Shown here: one piece after another, positions 21,989 through 31,654 of the stretch
Numbering within the stretch: position 1 is the stretch's first letter
How the letters are laid out: each line of letters starts with the position of its first letter
Program-made: the position numbers and the translations under genes
From: a virus
Taxonomy: Duplodnaviria; Caudoviricetes
IMG/VR virus record: IMGVR_UViG_3300023267_000005
Location: 1 to 39,868 of that record
Reading direction: 5' to 3' (one strand)
Length of the DNA stretch: 39,868 nucleotides
The notes under the pieces: model-generated
Seen by the model: only the letters and a program-made list of their open reading frames with translations
The model's database searches: none
Told to the model about the DNA's origin: nothing

Positions 21989-22038
21989 AAACGACAAAGA
22001 GGCCCGCCGTGTCGCGAGGGAGCGCGACACGGGGGGCC
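21989..22038 (-). terminator. Terminator at the end of the late/lysis operon
   Basis: 16-bp stem 22001-22016 / 22023-22038 (1 mismatch) followed by UCUUUGUCGUUU on the minus strand. Confidence 0.7.
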
Positions 22039-22096
22039 CGTTCAGGGGAGAGCGGCGAGCGCGGCCGCCGGTGTTGGCGATGGCGGCCGCGCTCGG

Positions 22097-22420
22097 TCAG
22101 GCCGCAGGCGGCGCCGGGTAGGTGGGCTGGGACTGGGAGCCGAGGAGCACGAGGGTCACCAGCCGCACCACAGCCGCGGCGACGTCGGGCGGCAGGAACC
22201 CGAGCAGCTTGGGCAGGTGGATCTCGACCAGCCGCACCACGGCGTACACCGCGGTGCTGACGACGGCCAGGGCCGCGACGACAACCGCGGCCAACCAAGC
22301 CGGGTCCTGGAAGGTGGCGACGGCGTCGGCGAACAGGCCTCGACCCGCGAGCCACGCGGCCACCGCACCCCACACGTACGGCACGCCGGTGCGGACCACG
22401 CTCAGCACGAAAGCGAGCAC
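22097..22420 (-). CDS. Putative holin
   Basis: Small multi-TM protein (VRTGVPYVWGAVAAWLA...YAVVRLVE...LLG) directly after the endolysin. Confidence 0.75.
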   Translation of the reverse strand: MLAFVLSVVRTGVPYVWGAVAAWLAGRGLFADAVATFQDPAWLAAVVVAALAVVSTAVYAVVRLVEIHLPKLLGFLPPDVAAAVVRLVTLVLLGSQSQPTYPAPPAA

Positions 22421-22462
22421 AGGAGATCTCCTAGTTCTGTCCGTTGTGGACTGAGGGGCTGG

Positions 22463-23317
22463 CTAGGGCTGGACCGCGAGCCGCTCGCGCTCGCGGCGGT
22501 CGGCCTCGTCGTTGACTCGCCGGGTCATCAGCTCGGCGAACGCGGAGAGCTTCTCGTCGGGGATGCCCTGGAGCAGCGGCGCGAGGGCCTGCGCGAGGTG
22601 GTCCTCGTCGACGTCGACGGCCGGGCGGCCGAGCAGCGCGTCGAGCTTGCGGGAGTTGCCGCGCTCCAGGAGCTGCACCTCGACGAGGCGATCGATGATG
22701 GACTGGTCACCCTGCGAGCCGCCCTTGTAGTAGATGGCGGCGTGGGTGCTGAGCAACGCGTTTCGTTCGTCGGGCTGCAACTCGTCCTCCTGGGTGAGCT
22801 GGCCGCTTGCGACGGCCGGGATGATGTCGTTTCGGAGCTGGCTGTTGCGGGTCTCGCCGGGGCACTGCCGCGGCCCACCCGCCCAGGGGTCCGGGAACCA
22901 GTTGTGCCCGCCGATGCCCCCGCCGTTCCACGACGTGGCCGGGCCCTTCCGGACGCCGTGGGTGTCGCACACCCACGCGGCCAGCCTCTTGCAGGCCGCG
23001 ACCATCTCGGCGTTCCAGCCGAGCAGCGGGTTCCGGTTGCTGTCGTCCCACGTCTCGACGCTGATCGCGAAACCGTTGGCGTACATGTTCGCGTCGGCCC
23101 GAACGTTGGTGTCGACGAACTGGTAGATCACGCCGGTACGGCCGATGTAGAAGTGGGACTCGACCTCGACACCGGCCGAGTTCCAGTACTCCCGGAGCGA
23201 GTCCGCAGAGGACACAGCCTCGTGGAAAATCAGCGTGGTGGGATCGATCTCTCCCTGGCTGTACGTCTCGGGGATGAGCTGCTGGACCGCGAACGGGCAG
23301 ATAGCCACGGGGGTCAC
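22463..23317 (-). CDS. Endolysin, N-acetylmuramoyl-L-alanine amidase (Amidase_2 type)
   Basis: IFHE...SHFYI...N..AISVET...GH...CPG Zn-amidase motifs. Confidence 0.9.
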   Translation of the reverse strand: MTPVAICPFAVQQLIPETYSQGEIDPTTLIFHEAVSSADSLREYWNSAGVEVESHFYIGRTGVIYQFVDTNVRADANMYANGFAISVETWDDSNRNPLLGWNAEMVAACKRLAAWVCDTHGVRKGPATSWNGGGIGGHNWFPDPWAGGPRQCPGETRNSQLRNDIIPAVASGQLTQEDELQPDERNALLSTHAAIYYKGGSQGDQSIIDRLVEVQLLERGNSRKLDALLGRPAVDVDEDHLAQALAPLLQGIPDEKLSAFAELMTRRVNDEADRRERERLAVQP

Positions 23318-23583
23318 CCTCCCTTGGTTAGGAGCGCAACCACGTAGCTGGCAACGCCCGATGATGTGACGGTGAACAGACCGACCGCGAGCGCGGCGCG
23401 AAGGGTCACGCCCTGGCGGACGTCGTCGGACTTGGAGTTCTGCAATTCCCGGACGTCGTCCTCGACGTGGCCCAGGCGGACGCCGTGCTCGGCGGTCCGC
23501 TCGCCGTACATGCGCAGCTCGCCGAGCACCTGGCCGAGTTGGGCCTCGATGCGTCCGAACGAATGCGCCACATACTCATCCAC
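23314..23583 (-). CDS. Small coiled-coil + C-terminal TM protein (lysis-cassette membrane protein)
   Basis: RIEAQLGQVL coil and a C-terminal hydrophobic helix; coupled to the endolysin start. Confidence 0.7.
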   Translation of the reverse strand: MDEYVAHSFGRIEAQLGQVLGELRMYGERTAEHGVRLGHVEDDVRELQNSKSDDVRQGVTLRAALAVGLFTVTSSGVASYVVALLTKGG

Positions 23584-23601
23584 AGCGGGCCTCCCAGCGG
23601 G

Positions 23602-24516
23602 TCACGCGTCGCTCACCCACGTGACCGAGATTCGGGTCGACCGCTCGAAAGTCGACAGGTTCAGGTTGCCGCCGGTGCTCTGGAGACAGGAGATCGAGAA
23701 GCTGTCGCCGATGTTGAAGTGCTGCGACGCGGAGACGTTCACCGATGCCGGGTCCGACGTGAACGTGGTGCCGTTCTGCGCGGCCAGGCGAATCGAGTTG
23801 GTGTTGTCCCGGATGGTGGAGAACAGGTTGGCGCCGGTGGTGAACGGCGCAAACGTCGTGGTGGCGGAAATGTCGTACGTTCCCGCGCGCCGGATGGTGA
23901 AGTCCGTGTTCCCTGTCCCAGTGACCTCGACGTCCGACGTCGTCGACGTGCTGGCGTCGAACTTCACCTTGGTGAACACGCCTGTTCCGGTCGGAATCGA
24001 CTGCGCTACCGACTGGTAGAACTGCGCGCTACCGCCGGCGTCGCCGACTCGCCGACGCAAGTCGCTGACCTTGCCCGCGGCGATCGTCACAGACGGGGAC
24101 GGGTCGACGATCACCTTGGCGAGGTCGATCTCCCAGATATCGCTGCCTTGGGTCAGCGGCCAGAGCGCAGGGCTTCCGGACGCCGTGCCCTTCAAGACGT
24201 CGAGCTCGATCAGGTCGTTCTCGAAGTCCGCGCGGAGGATCACCCGGTCCCACCGGGTCAGGGTGGCGTGTGGCGTCTGGATCGGGAGGATCTTCTCGGC
24301 GAGCGACTCGCCCCAGTGCCCTTGAATCCAGCACTCGCCGGTGCCGACCTTGACCTGTAGCCCCGAACTGTCTGCGTACACCCGAAACTGGTTCGCCGTG
24401 TTGGCGAGAACTCCCGTTGCCAGAGGGTGGCGCATGAACTTGCGCCAGGTGTCCTCTGTGGAGTCAGCGCCGGGGCCGGTGGCAAACGGTGCGAATGTGT
24501 CCAGCGTGGTGGCCAC
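23602..24516 (-). CDS. Minor tail protein / putative receptor-binding protein
   Basis: GLQVKVGTG.CWIQGH...RWDRVILR baseplate-attachment-type N-domain, beta-sandwich C-terminus; tail synteny. Confidence 0.75.
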   Translation of the reverse strand: MATTLDTFAPFATGPGADSTEDTWRKFMRHPLATGVLANTANQFRVYADSSGLQVKVGTGECWIQGHWGESLAEKILPIQTPHATLTRWDRVILRADFENDLIELDVLKGTASGSPALWPLTQGSDIWEIDLAKVIVDPSPSVTIAAGKVSDLRRRVGDAGGSAQFYQSVAQSIPTGTGVFTKVKFDASTSTTSDVEVTGTGNTDFTIRRAGTYDISATTTFAPFTTGANLFSTIRDNTNSIRLAAQNGTTFTSDPASVNVSASQHFNIGDSFSISCLQSTGGNLNLSTFERSTRISVTWVSDA

Positions 24517-24519
24517 GAA

Positions 24520-25647
24520 CTACCTCCGCTCAAGATCGATGAGGCGTGCGTTGGCCGCGCGCAGTAGGTCGAACAGACGCAGCGCGCCACGTCGGGACTG
24601 GCTGCCGATGGTGGGGCGCACGATGGCGGCCTCGGCGGGGGTGATGACGGTCTGGACTTCCTGCACCTGGTCCTGCACCGGGATGCCGTCGATGACGGCG
24701 GTGACTCGGTCGCCCAGCCGGTAGTCGACGCGGTACACCTGCCGGTCGGTGTCGGCCGGGGTGATGACCAGGCCTGCCGACGACGTGTTCTCGGCCAACA
24801 CCTTGACGATGTGCTGGGTGAGCTCGTCGGTGTCGGCGGTGTCGCGTCGATCCTGGAACGACTCGATGCGGCCCCAGTCGATGATCTCGCCGGGGGCCTG
24901 GCCCTCGACGATCACGCGGGCCGTTCCCTCGCCCTGTCCGCCGAGGTAGACGAAGTTCAACGGCGAGCTCGCGCTGTCGTACTTGTAGCCCTCCAGGTTG
25001 CCCAGGGGCTCGCTGAACTGGACGTCGGCGGTGAGGTCCTCGGGGGCTCGGACGCTGAACTCAAGTTCCTCGTCGACCTGCTGCACCCGGAACGCCACGC
25101 CACCGGCGAGGGCCAGCTCCTGTAGCAGCACGAGGAGGTTCTGCCATCGGGCGCGGCCGGTGATGGTCGCGCCGAGTAGCGGGTCGGGGGCGATGGTCAG
25201 CGTGGGTATCCGCCGCTCGGGCAACGCGCCGGGGCCCGCGTTGGCGTCGACGTACTCGCCGAGCACCGTGGACGCCAGGTCGGTGCGGACGTCGTGCTCG
25301 TTCGCGTTGTACGGCGGGACCGGGGTCGCGGGCTGGGGGTGGGCGACTCGGCGGGACAGCCACACCATGTCGTCGGGCCCGCCGACCGTGAGCGTGTTCT
25401 GGCTGCTGTCGCGGTCTCGCTTGCACGTGGTCATCGGACCGGCCAGCACAAGGCCGCCGTCGAGCACTACCTCGATGCCGTAGCCGGGGGTCGCCAGCTT
25501 GGCGGCAGCCGCGGTGCGCACGTCGACCTGTAGCGACCAGGCCCCCACGGCTATGTGCCGCTCGATGCACTCAAGCTTTTGGTAGTCCTCGATCAGTGCC
25601 TCGCGGCTCAGGTCGGGGGCACGCAGGTACACCGCGTAGTCGTCCAC
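24520..25647 (-). CDS. Minor tail (baseplate hub) protein, ReqiPepy6 Gp37-like
   Basis: Position after Dit; GGQGEGTAR...GRIE.FQDRRD...DYRLGDRVT motifs. Confidence 0.8.
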   Translation of the reverse strand: MDDYAVYLRAPDLSREALIEDYQKLECIERHIAVGAWSLQVDVRTAAAAKLATPGYGIEVVLDGGLVLAGPMTTCKRDRDSSQNTLTVGGPDDMVWLSRRVAHPQPATPVPPYNANEHDVRTDLASTVLGEYVDANAGPGALPERRIPTLTIAPDPLLGATITGRARWQNLLVLLQELALAGGVAFRVQQVDEELEFSVRAPEDLTADVQFSEPLGNLEGYKYDSASSPLNFVYLGGQGEGTARVIVEGQAPGEIIDWGRIESFQDRRDTADTDELTQHIVKVLAENTSSAGLVITPADTDRQVYRVDYRLGDRVTAVIDGIPVQDQVQEVQTVITPAEAAIVRPTIGSQSRRGALRLFDLLRAANARLIDLERR

Positions 25648-25669
25648 TGCTGGGGCCTCGCCCTCTCGA

Positions 25670-26521
25670 TCACACGCTCAGGTAGAGGGGCAGCCACGAC
25701 AGCAGCACCTGCGAGACCTCGGGGGTGCTGCCGGTCATCTCGACTCGGACCGCGTTGGCGCCGGGGAGCAAGGGCCACATCGACGAGAGCGACGACAGGT
25801 TCCGGAACAGGTTCGCTCCGCTGGAATGGGTGACGGACTTCCGGCCGGGCCGGGTGTCGATCACGACGGACTCGCCGGTCAGAAGTGAGACGTTCAGCGT
25901 CAGGTACTTGCCGGTCGTGACGTTGCGAAGGGTGATGTCCTCTGCCGGTCCGCGGATCGTCCACACAGGCCACGTGTCGACGTCGCCGACGTTGTCCGCC
26001 GTGCTGTCCGAGAAGATCTCGGACGAGCTCAGCCGCAAGGGGAAGAACGGGAAGAAACTCACGGCCTCGCCCGAGTGGAACGCCAGGTTGGTGGGCGCCA
26101 GCTCGGCCCAGTACGGGTCGTGCGCACGGAACACCAGCGGCGTGCGTTGCAGGGTGGGGGCCGAGGTGCTGCCCAGGGCCTCGACCATGTCGAGGCCCGA
26201 GGACACCAGGCAGGTGATCTCCCGCTGGTCCCCTCCTGGTGCGGTGACACGGATCTTGCCCGGACCGCGCAGCGGGTCCATCCGCTTGACGAGCTCGCGG
26301 GTGACGGTGCGCAGGGCTACCTCGTCGTCGGCCGTGATCCAGACGGGCAACGTGAATTGCTTGGTGACGTGGCGGACCTCCCGCACCCGCGAGCCGGGAA
26401 CGCCGGGGACTTCTGCCTCGACGATCTCGGCTCGCGGGGCGAACCGGCCGGACACGTTCCACTCGACTCGGATGGGCAGCGTGAGCCCCGAGGAGTCGAT
26501 CCACACCACCGTTTCGGCCAC
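25670..26521 (-). CDS. Distal tail protein (Dit)
   Basis: Follows the tape measure gene; F.AHDPYW, N.GDVDTWPVWTI.GP and W.L.PG.N motifs. Confidence 0.85.
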   Translation of the reverse strand: MAETVVWIDSSGLTLPIRVEWNVSGRFAPRAEIVEAEVPGVPGSRVREVRHVTKQFTLPVWITADDEVALRTVTRELVKRMDPLRGPGKIRVTAPGGDQREITCLVSSGLDMVEALGSTSAPTLQRTPLVFRAHDPYWAELAPTNLAFHSGEAVSFFPFFPLRLSSSEIFSDSTADNVGDVDTWPVWTIRGPAEDITLRNVTTGKYLTLNVSLLTGESVVIDTRPGRKSVTHSSGANLFRNLSSLSSMWPLLPGANAVRVEMTGSTPEVSQVLLSWLPLYLSV

Positions 26522-26527
26522 TGCGGC

Positions 26528-29215
26528 TCACCCGCTTTCTGGCATGGCGAGCAGCTCAAGCTGTTCGAACTGGGTGCGGAGGTCGACCTCGGTGTTGCCC
26601 ACGCCGGTGAGGTGCAGGTGGTAGTGCCGCTCACCGCCGACCGAGGTCCGCTGAGCGGAGTACCCGACCGATCCGGCGCTCGCGGTCGAGCCGCGGGCGA
26701 CGAGGTCGTAGCCCATCTCGTTGGCCGTCTGGGCGAGGTACGCCTGGCTGGCCGCTGAGTTGTTGATCGGGATGTAGGCCTCTTTGAACCGCGGGTTGTC
26801 GCCGATCACGCGCTTGGCGTTGGGGGCGACGATCGCCGCCATGTTCCCGAGCATCGGGGTCAGGCCGCGCATCCCACCGCCGGCGTACTTCTCCACCACG
26901 TGGCCGTCGTAGAAACCGCCGGTGGCCTGGCCCACCGAGTAGCCCTGGCCGCTGTAGGCCGAGCCGCCGTAGTTGGCCTGCACGGTGACGATCGATGTCC
27001 GGTCGCGGGCCGCGTAGTCGATCTGGCTGCCGACCGCGCCCACGTTGGGCGCCTCGACCTTGATCTTGCCCTCCGGCAGGGTGGTGACCACCAGGCCCAG
27101 ATCACGCAAGGCCTGGATCGAGACACCGACCTCGGCCTCGGTGGTGACGATCCACCGCTCGGGGACCGCGAGCACGCGGTCCCGGAGCTGGATCGCGCGG
27201 GCGATGGCCTCGGCTGCGCCGGGGTCGGTGATCAGTGTCCGGACGTCGCCCGGAATGCCGAAGTAACGATCAGCGAGCTCCTGCGCCTGCTGAGCGTTGT
27301 CCGTCATCTGGATCCACTCGTCGACGAACTGAGCGCGGCGCTCAGCCGTCGCGGCCACCACTGCCGCGGTGGCGTCTGCGTGGGACTTGCCCTGTTGCAG
27401 CGCCGTGTCGTACGTGGTCTGCGCCAGCTCGCGGTACGAGCGGCCTTGCTCGGAGAGCGAGGCTTGCAGCTCGCGGCCGCGCTCGGTAGCGATGTTGACC
27501 GTGCCGTTGCTGTTGAACAGCTCGGCGTCCCAGCCGAGGACTTCCTTTTTCGCGTCGGCGATCGTCGAGCTCAGCTTGTCGAGGCCTGCCTCCCACCCCG
27601 CCGTCGCGTCTTCGAGGTTCAGGGTGGTGCCGAACAGCCGGCGCCAGGCCGTGTCGAGCGCGGACACCTTGTCCGAGGTGTCGGCGGTGTCCTTGCCCAA
27701 CATCTGGATTGCCTCACGCAGTGAAGCCGCGCCAGGCAGCGACTTCGTCATCGCCGAGGCGGACTCGCCGAGCGCGTCGCGTTCCCGCTCGTAGTCGGCG
27801 ATGCTGCCGGTCACGGTCTCGCGCAGGTTGTCGAGGTTGTTCCGGAGCATCCCCGAGGCCTGGGCCTTGTCGGTCAGCGACTTGCTGGTGGCGCCGTTGG
27901 CGGTCGTCCACTTCGTACCGGCTTCCACCTGCTGATCGAGCTTGGTCTTGAGGTTGTCGAACGCGGGCCCGCCGGCAATCAGGGTGTCGACGATCTCCTT
28001 GTGGGTCATCCCTGCGCGGTTGACCTTGTCGGAAACCTCTTTGTAGCCCTCGGAATTGACGATCGCCCGCCGCGCGTTCGCGTCGAACGCACCGGCGCTT
28101 TCCTTGAGCGCGGCCGAGAGCGAGCGCTGGTCGGCCGCGGCCTCTTGGGACTCCTGGCCGAACAGCGCGAGGGCCAGGCCAGCCGCGGCGATCGCGATAC
28201 CCCACGGCCCACCGAGCGCGTTCATCACCGAGCCGACGCCGGTCGCGAGGCGACCCGCACCGGAGGGACCACCGGCGCTGGCCATCCGCTCGCGGAAGGT
28301 GCCGACGCTGTCGCCGATGCCGTCGACCACGCCCTTGACGGCGTGGATTCCCTTCATCGTGGTACCGAGCAGCAGCCACATGCCGATGAGCGGGCCGAGC
28401 ACCCCGGACATCGGCTCCAGCACCGTGAGCAGCCCTTCGAGCACGTCGAGGGCCGTGCCCATCGCGGTCGAGGCGATCGGCATCGCGCTGCCGCCCAGCT
28501 CGTCGACGAGGCCCACGAGCTGGCCGATGACGCGCGCGGCCTGGTCCCCGTGCTCAGCCCACAGACCGGCCATCGTGACCATGAGGCCACCAGCCGCGGG
28601 GAGGACCTCCTCCAGCAGGGTGCCGAAGTGCTCCAGCCCCTGCCCTGCGTCCTCGGCGCCGGTCGAGGTGACCTCGAAGAAATCGCCCATCGCGGTGCCA
28701 GCGCTGCCGAGGAACCCCTCCAGCCCCTGGAACACCGGGCCGCTGCGCTGCACCGCGAGCAGCGCGCCGGGCATGGCGTTGCGGGCGAACGCGATCACGC
28801 CATCGGTCAGGCTGTAGACCGCCGGGATGCTGGCCGAGAACGCCTCGCGCATCTCGGGGCGCAGGCTGGTGAAGGCGGCCGACATCCGGCCGGTCGCGCC
28901 CACGAACGCATCCGCCATCGGGGCTGCGTCCTGGGCCAGGCCGTTGCGGACCGTCGCGCCCAGCGAGCCGACGGCGTCGCGGACGCGTTCGGTCTCGGAG
29001 ACCGCGGCCGCGCCGATCGCCACGAACATCAGCGGCGCGGCCGCGGTGGCGGCCGCGATGACGGCGGCCGAGCCTGCGCTCGCCGCGGCCACCCCGAGCA
29101 GGGTCTTGGTGGCGCGGGACCCCATCTTGTCCATCGAGTCGCCGACCTTGTCAAAGGTGGTGCTCGCGTTGTCGATGCCCAGGACTGTGAAGATCAGGTC
29201 TTTCGAGGCGACCAC
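26528..29215 (-). CDS. Tape measure protein
   Basis: 895 aa, Ala/Gly-rich helical with hydrophobic segments; follows the tail chaperones. Confidence 0.9.
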   Translation of the reverse strand: MVASKDLIFTVLGIDNASTTFDKVGDSMDKMGSRATKTLLGVAAASAGSAAVIAAATAAAPLMFVAIGAAAVSETERVRDAVGSLGATVRNGLAQDAAPMADAFVGATGRMSAAFTSLRPEMREAFSASIPAVYSLTDGVIAFARNAMPGALLAVQRSGPVFQGLEGFLGSAGTAMGDFFEVTSTGAEDAGQGLEHFGTLLEEVLPAAGGLMVTMAGLWAEHGDQAARVIGQLVGLVDELGGSAMPIASTAMGTALDVLEGLLTVLEPMSGVLGPLIGMWLLLGTTMKGIHAVKGVVDGIGDSVGTFRERMASAGGPSGAGRLATGVGSVMNALGGPWGIAIAAAGLALALFGQESQEAAADQRSLSAALKESAGAFDANARRAIVNSEGYKEVSDKVNRAGMTHKEIVDTLIAGGPAFDNLKTKLDQQVEAGTKWTTANGATSKSLTDKAQASGMLRNNLDNLRETVTGSIADYERERDALGESASAMTKSLPGAASLREAIQMLGKDTADTSDKVSALDTAWRRLFGTTLNLEDATAGWEAGLDKLSSTIADAKKEVLGWDAELFNSNGTVNIATERGRELQASLSEQGRSYRELAQTTYDTALQQGKSHADATAAVVAATAERRAQFVDEWIQMTDNAQQAQELADRYFGIPGDVRTLITDPGAAEAIARAIQLRDRVLAVPERWIVTTEAEVGVSIQALRDLGLVVTTLPEGKIKVEAPNVGAVGSQIDYAARDRTSIVTVQANYGGSAYSGQGYSVGQATGGFYDGHVVEKYAGGGMRGLTPMLGNMAAIVAPNAKRVIGDNPRFKEAYIPINNSAASQAYLAQTANEMGYDLVARGSTASAGSVGYSAQRTSVGGERHYHLHLTGVGNTEVDLRTQFEQLELLAMPESG

Positions 29216-29235
29216 GCCGGACCTCCGATTTCAGG

Positions 29236-29436
29236 TCAGGCGGTCGGGTTTGCTTCGAGCCGGTCGAGGTGGCGGTCGACCATGTCCCTGCACAGCAGGT
29301 AGTCGCCGATGCTCAGGCGGCCGATCTCGTAGGGAGGCAGGTGCCACAGGTCCAGGAACCAGGGCTTGTAGAACCTCAGCTCTTGGGTGAGCCAGATCCG
29401 GTGGTGGCGCGCGGCGCCACCTTCTGGGGAGGGTCC
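29236..29436 (-). CDS. Tail assembly chaperone C-terminal extension (gpT-like, -1 frame; not in the ORF track)
   Basis: The -1 frame reads ...RIWLTQELRFYKPWFLDLWHLPPYEIGRLSIGDYLLCRDMVDRHLDRLEANPTA*, has no upstream start/RBS of its own, and stops 20 nt before the TMP start. Confidence 0.7.
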   Translation of the reverse strand, partial: GPSPEGGAARHHRIWLTQELRFYKPWFLDLWHLPPYEIGRLSIGDYLLCRDMVDRHLDRLEANPTA

Positions 29437-29780
29437 GGCGCCTCACCCTCCCCGGTCTCGACCTCGGGGGACTGGTCGCGGCCGAGGTCGACCTCGACGC
29501 GGAAATCCCGCCAGCGCAGCAGGTTCCACTCCTCGTCGATCCAGTTGATTTCCTCACCGGCCTTGGTGCGGGCGAGCCAGCAGAACGCCTTGACCGCGAC
29601 AGCCGCGCGCCGGTCGAACTGGTCGCACAGGTAGGGCCACGGGACGGCCGCGGTCCTCTCCAGCAGGATCGACTCGTCGAGGGTGATCTCGTAGAAGTCG
29701 AGATCGACCACGCGGCCGCCACCGAGGTGGAACTTGTAGACCAGGGTCGCGGGCTCGCCGGTGTTCGTCTTGGTGCTCAC
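29376..29780 (-). CDS. Tail assembly chaperone (gpG-like)
   Basis: Between the tail tube/neck genes and TMP; acidic C-terminus with GGACCCT candidate slip site. Confidence 0.8.
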   Translation of the reverse strand: MSTKTNTGEPATLVYKFHLGGGRVVDLDFYEITLDESILLERTAAVPWPYLCDQFDRRAAVAVKAFCWLARTKAGEEINWIDEEWNLLRWRDFRVEVDLGRDQSPEVETGEGEAPDPPQKVAPRATTGSGSPKS

Positions 29781-29792
29781 GTCAGGATCTCC

Positions 29793-30365
29793 CTATCCGG
29801 AAACGATCTTGCGGTTGATGTCGTCGATGACGTCGACGGCGCGTTCCCGGATCCGCGGGCCGTGGATCTCGGCCGGGCGGTCGAACCATCCGGGTGGCGG
29901 GGTGGTCTGCTCGTACCAGCGGCCGCGCTGCCCGAACAGCGGGTGCCGCCAGTTGCCCTTGTTCATCAGGCGCGGCAGCTTCCGCTGGGACGGCGGCATG
30001 AGGCTCTGCTGCGCCCGGATACGGACGCTCGACGACCGGGCGGTGGTCGACACCTTGGTGCGCACCGAGCGCGCCACAGTGGACCTCAGGCCCGAATTCC
30101 GGAACGCCTTCATGCGGGCGTTCTCGGTGATCTTCTTCCGCTTGCCCAGCGCGTGGGCCGCGCGGACACCGCGGGCCGAGGCGCCACCGCGGCGGCTGAC
30201 GTTGAGGGTCTGGACTTCCTGCTTCATCGCCGCTTGGGCAGGCTCGGCGGCCGCGCGCATGGCGCGGCCCATCTCGCGGGTGAGCTTGCCGTTGCCGGCC
30301 TCTTTCAGCTTCCGAGCGGTCCTGTGGAACTCGTCGGTTCCGGTGATGCGGGGGTGTCCTGGCAC
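29793..30365 (-). CDS. HK97 gp10-like neck/tail-completion protein
   Basis: Basic protein with GLRSTVARS...GNWRHPLFG...GWF motifs; tail-module synteny. Confidence 0.7.
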   Translation of the reverse strand: MPGHPRITGTDEFHRTARKLKEAGNGKLTREMGRAMRAAAEPAQAAMKQEVQTLNVSRRGGASARGVRAAHALGKRKKITENARMKAFRNSGLRSTVARSVRTKVSTTARSSSVRIRAQQSLMPPSQRKLPRLMNKGNWRHPLFGQRGRWYEQTTPPPGWFDRPAEIHGPRIRERAVDVIDDINRKIVSG

Positions 30366-30403
30366 GGCCGGTCACCCCCTCTCACGAGGTGACCGGCCGG
30401 GGA

Positions 30404-31375
30404 TCAGGGGGTTGCGTCGGTCGTCTGGTACTCGACCTTGATCGACAACGTCCCGTTGTCGACGACCTTGATCGGCGTGTTCTGCTGCACGATGCCCTGG
30501 CCGCTGACGTTCGGCGTTTCGCCGTCGAAACGGACGTTGGCCGTGACGACGGTCTGGTAGCGCAGCGCGTCCTCGATGATGCCGCCGGCGAACGTCAGCA
30601 CCAGCTCGGCCTCGACGCCGTTGCGGAACCGGTCGTAGGCGGTGAGCCCCCGGAAATCGCCGGTGAGTGTGCCGGTGATCGCCCGGATGTCGTTTTCGAG
30701 GGGCTTCTCGGTCAGCGCGCTGCCGAGGCTGAACCGGTCGGACGCCAGCGGCGTGGTGCCGGACAGCGTGGCGGACTTGACCTTGACGGCCACCCCGCCG
30801 ACCGTCAGCGTGGCGCTGACGAACGGCAGCCGCCGGGCGCCGGTGGCGTAGGAGACGACGGCCAGCGCGGTGTCGGTTTCCTCGTCCTCGCCGACGATGC
30901 CGACCTTGAGCTTGGCCAGCCCCGAGACCGCGCATTCGAGCTGCCACGAGGCGACACGGCACCCGTGGTAGGTGAACGGCTGCACGGTGCCGCTCTCGTC
31001 CGGGCGGCCGACCTGGATCGTCTGCGCCACCGGCAGATCACCGGGGGTGAACGTGTGCAAGTAGACGGTCGGGCTGGGACCAGCCGCGGGCTGGCTGGTC
31101 ACCACGGTGCCGAACATGTGCTTGAACCACCGACCGTGGCCCTTGGTCGAGAGCTCCATGTTGATGTCACCGGCGACGGTGCGCTTGCCGGTCTCCCAGT
31201 CGTCGGACCGCATGATCCGGCGGCCGCTGCGCAGCTCGGAAGACTCGATCCGCTCGACGCTGAGCTTGAGCGACTCGTCGAGGAACTTCACGCCACGCTC
31301 GGGGGTCACCGGCGTGCCGTAGGTGACCTCTTCCGAGGTCATGAGCTGGGCGTCGATGGCGGTACCGGTGCTCAC
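30404..31375 (-). CDS. Major tail (tube) protein
   Basis: EE.TYGT.VTP, F.DESL, TIQVGRP and Y.GC.V motifs of tail-tube proteins; 323 aa. Confidence 0.85.
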   Translation of the reverse strand: MSTGTAIDAQLMTSEEVTYGTPVTPERGVKFLDESLKLSVERIESSELRSGRRIMRSDDWETGKRTVAGDINMELSTKGHGRWFKHMFGTVVTSQPAAGPSPTVYLHTFTPGDLPVAQTIQVGRPDESGTVQPFTYHGCRVASWQLECAVSGLAKLKVGIVGEDEETDTALAVVSYATGARRLPFVSATLTVGGVAVKVKSATLSGTTPLASDRFSLGSALTEKPLENDIRAITGTLTGDFRGLTAYDRFRNGVEAELVLTFAGGIIEDALRYQTVVTANVRFDGETPNVSGQGIVQQNTPIKVVDNGTLSIKVEYQTTDATP

Positions 31376-31575
31376 GACTCACCTCCGGTCTTGGCCTCGG
31401 CCTTGGGCTTGGGGGCGGGAACGGGCGCGGGGGCCTCGGTCCACGTGGACTGGGCGAGCAGGGCCGCGGCGAGGGCCTGGTCCTCGACGAGGACGGCCTC
31501 GCCGCGGCGAACGGTCCGGCGCAGCGCGGGTACTTCGACGGCGGTGTGCGGACCGTCATAGACGAGTCGGGGCAC
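31372..31575 (-). CDS. Small virion-module protein
   Basis: GGAGG RBS; coupled to the tail tube start. Confidence 0.75.
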   Translation of the reverse strand: MPRLVYDGPHTAVEVPALRRTVRRGEAVLVEDQALAAALLAQSTWTEAPAPVPAPKPKAEAKTGGES

Positions 31576-31654
31576 GGTGAACCTCCAAGGGGCACAAGGG
31601 AAGTACGGGCCCAGGCAGTGGGGGGCCGTGCGTACTGGGGGAGTGCGGAGCGGG

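Noticed and set aside
29231-29722. Listed 163-aa ORF as the second tail chaperone
   Set aside because: Arg/Pro/Ser-rich off-frame translation; the -1 frame ending at 29236 gives the plausible product.
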